Shown here piece after piece: positions 58,263 to 64,000 of a DNA stretch of 64,000 nt (positions within the stretch are counted from its first letter, which is position 1; each line of letters opens with the position of its first letter). The stretch lies in IMG/VR virus record IMGVR_UViG_3300026484_000007, positions 124,001 through 188,000 of that record; one strand, 5' to 3'. Under the pieces are notes generated by a model that had not been told where the DNA came from, did no database searches, and saw only the letters and a list, made by a program, of their open reading frames with translations. The position numbers and the translations under genes are program-made.

Positions 58263-58859
58263 TTATTTTATCTGTAAATCTATTTTTGGATTTTTAAATA
58301 TCTTCTCCCCAGTTTCTATAGCTTTTAATAACTTATCCCACATTTCAGGATCTTTCCATTCTGATTTAATTTGATCGCTAAATATAATGTCTTTTAAATC
58401 AAAATCTATCAAGTTCAGATCTTTCTTTTTGGCTTCTGCCCAACCAGTTGCTGTTTCGTGAACTCTAACTTTATGAACTTTAACTTTTCCTTCTCCATTA
58501 TTCATTTTTGTATGTTTAAGAATTTCTTGAATAATTTTAAATAAAAGAATAGATTGTGCTTCGGCGCTTGAACTCATTGGTAAAATAATATGTCTATCCG
58601 AATAGTTCTTAGCTACATTCACTAACTCTTCATCTTTATCCCATACAGTAATGGCGTGATCAAAACTATCAATGATGTCTTTAATAGTCCCTTTCATTAA
58701 TCCAAAATCATAAATCATCATTCCATTGTCTAATTTATTTCCTTTTAATACCACTTCAACAATATAACTATGACCGTGAATACTATGTGAACAGCGTTCG
58801 CTTGTGCAATTTCTCACAATATGTGCATTTTCGTATTTAAATAATTTTCTAATTTTCAT
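58263..58859 (-). CDS. queD: 6-carboxytetrahydropterin synthase
   Basis: AHIVRNC..RC..SIHGHSY, DFG, FDH, SAE, HETATG. Confidence 0.92.
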   Translation of the reverse strand: MKIRKLFKYENAHIVRNCTSERCSHSIHGHSYIVEVVLKGNKLDNGMMIYDFGLMKGTIKDIIDSFDHAITVWDKDEELVNVAKNYSDRHIILPMSSSAEAQSILLFKIIQEILKHTKMNNGEGKVKVHKVRVHETATGWAEAKKKDLNLIDFDLKDIIFSDQIKSEWKDPEMWDKLLKAIETGEKIFKNPKIDLQIK

Positions 58860-58898
58860 TTTTCGCTCCTTGTTTATTCTTGTTTATTTAGATTTTTT

Positions 58899-59534
58899 TT
58901 ATTTTTTTTTATTTCTTTTATTTTCTTTTTTTAATTTTTTCAGATATTTTTTTAATTTTTTAAGACCTTTAACCGAATCGTATTCTATTCCATCGATTAT
59001 GATATGAGTAGCAATTCCTCTTTTTAACATATCTTCCGCAGTAAACCAATATTCTTTACCTTCGATTAATTTTTTCCATTCTTTTTTAGAAAAGAATCTT
59101 TTAGCGATACTTAAAAAACCTATAATATGCTTCGAATCAAAATCAATTCCATCTTTCATAGATTGATAAGAACCAGCATATCCTCCACTATAATTATGAA
59201 ACATAATTCTCGAATTCCAATAAATTACTCTTTTATCAGCTGCTACGAATGTAAAAGCTCCAGCGCTTGAAGCATGACTTTCAATGTAAGCAATAGTTCT
59301 TTTTGGAAATTTATTTTGCATAACATTAATTATTTGCTGACATTCAGTTACCAATCCACCTGAGCTCATAATTTTTAATTCTAATTCATCTTCTGGTCCA
59401 GCATTATATAAATCATTTAATATATCGTGAAAATCTGGAATTTGATTATCAAAACCATTAATGAATAATATATAATTCTTAATAATTTTTTTATTTTCTT
59501 TTACGATTAATGAATGATTCTTTGCTTTTTTCAT
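58899..59534 (-). CDS. ClpP-like serine protease
   Basis: MSSGG, ASSAG, IMFH, EYWFTAED. Confidence 0.85.
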   Translation of the reverse strand: MKKAKNHSLIVKENKKIIKNYILFINGFDNQIPDFHDILNDLYNAGPEDELELKIMSSGGLVTECQQIINVMQNKFPKRTIAYIESHASSAGAFTFVAADKRVIYWNSRIMFHNYSGGYAGSYQSMKDGIDFDSKHIIGFLSIAKRFFSKKEWKKLIEGKEYWFTAEDMLKRGIATHIIIDGIEYDSVKGLKKLKKYLKKLKKENKRNKKK

Positions 59535-59580
59535 ATTAATCCTTTTTTTAATTTTTTCGAGCAAATAAAAATTTTCTATT

Positions 59581-59726
59581 TATCCGGGCGAGATGTTATT
59601 GGTGCCTCGCCGGGATGCCAGTACTTTTTTTAGGTGGCGCTTGGTCAAACCACCTTTTAAAGATCTCGTTGGAGTTAACTCCAACGCGGTGCCAGATATA
59701 TTTTTAGTGCCTCTGGTCAGGCACTT
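59581..59726 (-). ncRNA. structured leader or ncRNA with two tandem H-type pseudoknot units
   Basis: Two copies of stem-UGACCA loop-stem-A tract-CUGGCA, each followed by a hairpin; promoter motif at about 59749-59767. Confidence 0.6.
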
Positions 59727-59780
59727 ATTCTCCTTTAATCTTTTCTCAATAATATAATTTCAATGATTAAAAAGGATCTT

Positions 59781-60812
59781 CTAAAGATCCTTTCTTTGAG
59801 CAATAAGATCAATAATTTTTGATATCGTAGCAATAAAATGAAAATTCTTCATCTTTACGATATCTATTTGATTATACATTTCTATTAAAATCGATTTCGT
59901 TCCGAAATCTATATATTCAGAATCTATTAATTTTTTATAAATAAAATCATAATTCAATAAAAGATCTTCTTTTAAAATTTTAAGAATGTATTCATAATAT
60001 TGACTAAAATGTGAATCACTTTTTGAATTTTTATTTATTTCATTAATTTTTGCTTTATCTAAATTATTTAAATAATTGAATAAATATTCCAAAGTTTGGA
60101 TTATGTATTCTTCATTTCCTGTAAGATTTAAAGCTTTATTTGGATCAAATATAAATTCCCCAGTTACGCTATTAACTTCAAGGTTACTGATTAATTCTCT
60201 TAGACCTCTAACTAAATTTAATTTTACGAATGATTTTAATAATTCTTCATCGTATTTTACATTTTCAGTTTCTAGAATTTTTTTAACTCTATTTAAAGTT
60301 TGGATCTCATCAAGATCCTTAAAATGTAATCTATAATTAAATCTAGTAATCAGTGCATTATCAAGCTTTTCTGGATTATTAGTCGTCGCAAGAAAAGCAG
60401 TGTTATGCTGATATTTTTCAAGTGGCCCATCTTTTAAAACTACTTGAGCTTGTTGACTTAATCTATCAATTTCTTCAATTATTACTAATTTTTGCTTTGA
60501 TTGTAAAGCTCTTGCTTGCAACCAACTTTGTAATTTATCAATATCTTCTACTTTTCTTCCAAGAATAAAAATATCATTTGGATGTTTGATAATTTTGGCT
60601 TGCATAATTTTATTTAAAGAAGTCTTTCCGAATCCTGCTGGACCGTAACTTAAAACATTTCCTTGTATGAATTCATTATTATAAAATTTTACAAAAATAT
60701 CCTTGATATACTCTGGATCTTTTCCCTCGCCATTTAACGTACTTGGAAAAATTAAATCGTCCGGAGTTCTTGGACGATGTTTTTCAAACCACGATTTATA
60801 AACTTCTGCCAT
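59781..60812 (-). CDS. clamp loader (RFC small subunit / gp44-like AAA+)
   Basis: WFEKHRP, GPAGFGKTS, IIEEIDRL, ALITRF. Confidence 0.9.
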   Translation of the reverse strand: MAEVYKSWFEKHRPRTPDDLIFPSTLNGEGKDPEYIKDIFVKFYNNEFIQGNVLSYGPAGFGKTSLNKIMQAKIIKHPNDIFILGRKVEDIDKLQSWLQARALQSKQKLVIIEEIDRLSQQAQVVLKDGPLEKYQHNTAFLATTNNPEKLDNALITRFNYRLHFKDLDEIQTLNRVKKILETENVKYDEELLKSFVKLNLVRGLRELISNLEVNSVTGEFIFDPNKALNLTGNEEYIIQTLEYLFNYLNNLDKAKINEINKNSKSDSHFSQYYEYILKILKEDLLLNYDFIYKKLIDSEYIDFGTKSILIEMYNQIDIVKMKNFHFIATISKIIDLIAQRKDL

Positions 60813-60907
60813 TTTTTAATCCTTTATTTTTTTATCTGCTAGCAATTATATCTTTTGATTCTTATTTATAACACTTATATTTATGCTGCTTATGCAGCTT
60901 GCAACGT

Positions 60908-62227
60908 TTACAGCACACTTAAATCTATGCCATTTAATTCTGCTGCGCAAGTAAAAGTATACTCGGTCGAATTTTTTTTAGATAACATTTGATTCACAAA
61001 GATTATATCACATGCGAATATGTATAATTTTGGATGAATTTGAACTTTAGCTTTTTTATCTTTCGCTAGTTGCTCAGTACTTTCTTGAAAATCTAAGATT
61101 TTATTTATATCTATATCCGAATAAATATTAAAGTTATCCAAATATAATCTTTTATAAAAATAATTAAGATTCGATAATCTTGCATAACTATTTCTAAGTA
61201 TCTTAATTTTATCATTATCAATAGGTACATTTACGAATATAGATGTTCCGCTTTTTCCTTCGAAAAATTTATCAGTATGAACGCCTGGATCGTTATCTCC
61301 ATATTTTAAAAATTTATAAGTACCTGGACTAAGTTTTCTTTCTTCCGCAGCATTTATCGTTGTTTTGATATACGTGCTTCCAGCTTTTTGCTGATATTCA
61401 GCAATGTTAAAATACGATTTACCTGGAATCAATGGCATTACTTTTGAATTAATACCTAACCCAAAACCAGTCAATAATATATTAAAATATTTTGATGTAA
61501 GAGTAGGATTTCCCTGGAACTTATCTCCACCAGAATCAAAAATTGAATTTAATGATTCGAAAATTACTTTAAACCCTGGAGGAGAATCACTAAAAACTAA
61601 CTCTCCAGAAAAATCGTCGAAATAAAGAATTGTTTCATCTAACACAGGAATATATGTATCTAAATAATAATTTAATAATTCTTTATCGGTAAATGTCTCT
61701 GGAAGACTAACATTGTTTACATTAATATTATGCTGAAGACTTTTATTTATATGAGAATCTAGTTTATAATTTCCATAATAAACTTTTATATTATTTAATA
61801 AAACTTCAGTAAAAAATTGATAACTGGTAAAATTTTGATTATATATTGCTTTCTTATGTAAAATATTTTCATACGTTAGACGTCGTAAAACTGCGCTAAC
61901 GCCTATAATTGATACATTAAAAATACCTGTTTCTTCGTCTCTTGATATAAATTGTATCTTTTCTGGATACAAATAAAAACTAAGACTGTCGGTGTTATTA
62001 TTTATTTTTATATTTAAATAAGCTTTTTTTGCTTGTAATAAATATAAATCAAATTCGGTAATTCCTATTTCGATCTGATAAAGATTCATTCTGTCTTTAC
62101 TAAAAAGATTTTTAGAAATTCTAAAAGAATGCACGAAATAAGAATTATTTGCATTAACCACGACATCCGGAGCTGGAACCATTTGCGCGGTAATGTTATA
62201 ATTTTTATTTACTATTTTTTTTGACAT
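60908..62227 (-). CDS. hypothetical protein (possibly structural)
   Basis: SD-preceded ATG at 62227; beta-rich. Confidence 0.6.
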   Translation of the reverse strand: MSKKIVNKNYNITAQMVPAPDVVVNANNSYFVHSFRISKNLFSKDRMNLYQIEIGITEFDLYLLQAKKAYLNIKINNNTDSLSFYLYPEKIQFISRDEETGIFNVSIIGVSAVLRRLTYENILHKKAIYNQNFTSYQFFTEVLLNNIKVYYGNYKLDSHINKSLQHNINVNNVSLPETFTDKELLNYYLDTYIPVLDETILYFDDFSGELVFSDSPPGFKVIFESLNSIFDSGGDKFQGNPTLTSKYFNILLTGFGLGINSKVMPLIPGKSYFNIAEYQQKAGSTYIKTTINAAEERKLSPGTYKFLKYGDNDPGVHTDKFFEGKSGTSIFVNVPIDNDKIKILRNSYARLSNLNYFYKRLYLDNFNIYSDIDINKILDFQESTEQLAKDKKAKVQIHPKLYIFACDIIFVNQMLSKKNSTEYTFTCAAELNGIDLSVL

Positions 62228-62255
62228 TTTATCTCCTTTTATTTTTTTAACCGCA

Positions 62256-62319
62256 AAAAAACTTGATTTTCTATGTAGCATCTTTTTTAGATACTAAGGA
62301 TATATACGAGTTCTAAAAT
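62256..62319. repeat. half copy (one arm, inverted) of the ~130-bp palindrome
   Basis: ACTTGATTTTCTATGTAGCATCTTTTTTAGATAC is the reverse complement (one mismatch) of the right arm of copy 1. Confidence 0.75.
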
Positions 62320-62386
62320 TTTCTATAGATTTTTTCTGACGACAAAAAAATTGCTCGGTTAACGAGCAATTTTTATTTTATCTTTT

Positions 62387-63145
62387 TTATCTTAATAAAT
62401 TTATAAAATCTTTTTCGATATATAATTTTACTAAATTATTTAATTTTTCCGCTGATGTTCTATTAATTATATTCTTAAATATTTCTGTATAGTATTGTTG
62501 CTTTCTTGTTTGATCTTCAAGAATATCTACAGAATATCCCAATTCACCTTTTTTCGTAATTTTTGAAAATGATTTTAATGATTTGATTAAATTATTTAAT
62601 TTTTCTATTGAATAATCTAAAGATTCTATAATGCTTGTTCTTAAAAACGAATCGTGTGTTTCATAAAATTGAAATTCGTCTCTTGCTTGCGAAAGCGTTT
62701 CTATTCCTGCTTTTTCAAGGACTTTGCTAATTGCAATATACGGTAAAAATAACATTACAAAATGTATTAATTTTTTTATAAGAAAACGTTTTTCTGAAGA
62801 ATTAGATAATTGAAATTGAAAATCTTCAACTCCGATGCTTAAATAATTTTCATCAATTTTATGTAACCACGGTAAAAAGAATCTTTTCCAGAAAAATTCG
62901 AATTCATTGTCATTTAACTTATCCAGATCATCTTCAAAAATATTAAAATTGAAATTTTGAATATCTAAATCTCTAAGATATTCTAAATCTTTATCTAAGA
63001 AATACATTATATCTTCTGATGGTTTTCGAGCCTCAAATGGAGTGATATCAAAATCTTCTCCATCGAAATTTATTTGATAAGAGATGAAAGGAGCCCCTAA
63101 ACTATCTTTAACTCCATTATTTTCTAATATTAAATCTTGAGTCAT
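62387..63145 (-). CDS. hypothetical protein
   Basis: 252-aa ORF. Confidence 0.7.
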   Translation of the reverse strand: MTQDLILENNGVKDSLGAPFISYQINFDGEDFDITPFEARKPSEDIMYFLDKDLEYLRDLDIQNFNFNIFEDDLDKLNDNEFEFFWKRFFLPWLHKIDENYLSIGVEDFQFQLSNSSEKRFLIKKLIHFVMLFLPYIAISKVLEKAGIETLSQARDEFQFYETHDSFLRTSIIESLDYSIEKLNNLIKSLKSFSKITKKGELGYSVDILEDQTRKQQYYTEIFKNIINRTSAEKLNNLVKLYIEKDFINLLR

Positions 63146-64000
63146 ACTTCGATCCTTTTTTAATTTTTATTATTTTTTTGATTTTTCTTGATTTTAAATC
63201 TTTTTTATGAAGTCTTGCCGCTAAATCTATATGAGCTAAATCAGAAGAGGATAAAACTAAACCATTCTCTTTACCGATTTTTACTGATTTAGCGGAAAGT
63301 AATTTATTCTGAATCTCTTTAGTGATCTTTTTTAGATCACTAAAATCAACTCCAGTTTTTTCTTTAATTATTTTCCATTCAGCAAATTTACGATAGTTTC
63401 GTAATCGTTTTAAAGCTTTAAGATGATCGTATTTATTTAATATAACCGCTTCATAAGCTAAAACCATAATACTATTATGATTTCCTATCATTGTATAATT
63501 TCCATCATTTTCTATATAAAAAACTCCATTTCTAAATTCTTTTTTAGCGTATTCATGAAATTCCATGATTTCATGATATTTAGAAATACTTCTATCTAAC
63601 TCAATCCATAAACGATGTTCGAACGGACCACCCATATGTTTATCTTGATATAAAAAGAAACGATCGAAAAAAGATACTTCAGGAATAACGATGAATAATA
63701 AATGGATTCGGTATTCTTTTTCTTTCGATGTTTTTGAATTTTCTCCGATATTTTCTTCAATAAGCGAAAATTCATAAAAATAAAAAGCTGGTGCTTTTAT
63801 AATTTCAGAAGCTAATTTTTTATAATCCGATGGTAAAACGCCTGGAAATTGTTTATTTATTTTTTCAAAATAATTTAATATATCTTTTTTAGATTCAAGA
63901 ATCGGTACGATCGGAATATTGTATTCTTTGAGCTTATCGAAAGAATCTTTATAATTTTTTTTATAAATTTCGATTCCTTCATTTAAAAGTTTTTTACTTT
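63117..64000 (-). CDS. hypothetical protein, probably 5'-truncated by the window edge
   Basis: Frame stays open upstream of the ATG at 63635 (checked to about 63840). Confidence 0.6.
   Translation of the reverse strand, partial: SKKLLNEGIEIYKKNYKDSFDKLKEYNIPIVPILESKKDILNYFEKINKQFPGVLPSDYKKLASEIIKAPAFYFYEFSLIEENIGENSKTSKEKEYRIHLLFIVIPEVSFFDRFFLYQDKHMGGPFEHRLWIELDRSISKYHEIMEFHEYAKKEFRNGVFYIENDGNYTMIGNHNSIMVLAYEAVILNKYDHLKALKRLRNYRKFAEWKIIKEKTGVDFSDLKKITKEIQNKLLSAKSVKIGKENGLVLSSSDLAHIDLAARLHKKDLKSRKIKKIIKIKKGSKYDSRFNIRK

Noticed and set aside
2567-61625. About 25 short plus-strand ORFs in the track (e.g. 2567, 7800, 34972, 38914, 51290, 56177)
   Set aside because: They are antisense shadows of real minus-strand genes or translations of repeats, with no convincing SD and F/S/I-biased composition. 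Only 48682-49317 is retained.
1-64000. Stop-codon reassignment
   Set aside because: Conserved genes are full length and densely packed under code 11; the one in-frame read-through look-alike (54425) is explained by a local duplication.

Overview
This is a very AT-rich, gene-dense 64 kb segment of a large (jumbo-type) dsDNA phage. Nearly every real gene is on the minus strand, uses genetic code 11 and has an AAGGAG(G) Shine-Dalgarno site. The host is probably Campylobacterota (inference from the QueD sequence style). Core content: a split multisubunit RNA polymerase beta' (N-fragment 1471-2715; C-fragment with NADFDGD from 697 running off the window edge, missed by the ORF track); DNA and RNA ligases; RecJ; an SbcD/Mre11-like nuclease; Dda-like and SF2 helicases; clamp loader; SSB; ThyX; dNMP kinase; an actin-like ParM with an RHH protein; a dispersed 7-deazaguanine pathway (folE, queD, queE, queC); and an NAD salvage cluster (NADAR, NadV, NadM-Nudix). 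Main points of interest: (1) an array of monocistronic, GC-richer cassettes (about 42.4-51.6 kb) behind a repeated phage promoter, containing a Csx3/Crn3 ring nuclease convergent with a Csx3-associated-type ATPase (the only substantial plus-strand gene) and a putative SAM(-AMP) lyase, with Apyc1-like and Tad2-domain genes elsewhere; (2) two highly structured ncRNAs with loop-E motifs behind an identical 44-bp promoter, and a third element with tandem H-type pseudoknots; (3) several dispersed non-coding motif families, including a ~130-bp palindrome and T7-GTCGTTAG-A6; (4) a shared C-terminal K/R-L/Y-K-I tail on otherwise unrelated proteins. All family assignments come from motif recognition by eye, not from database searches.
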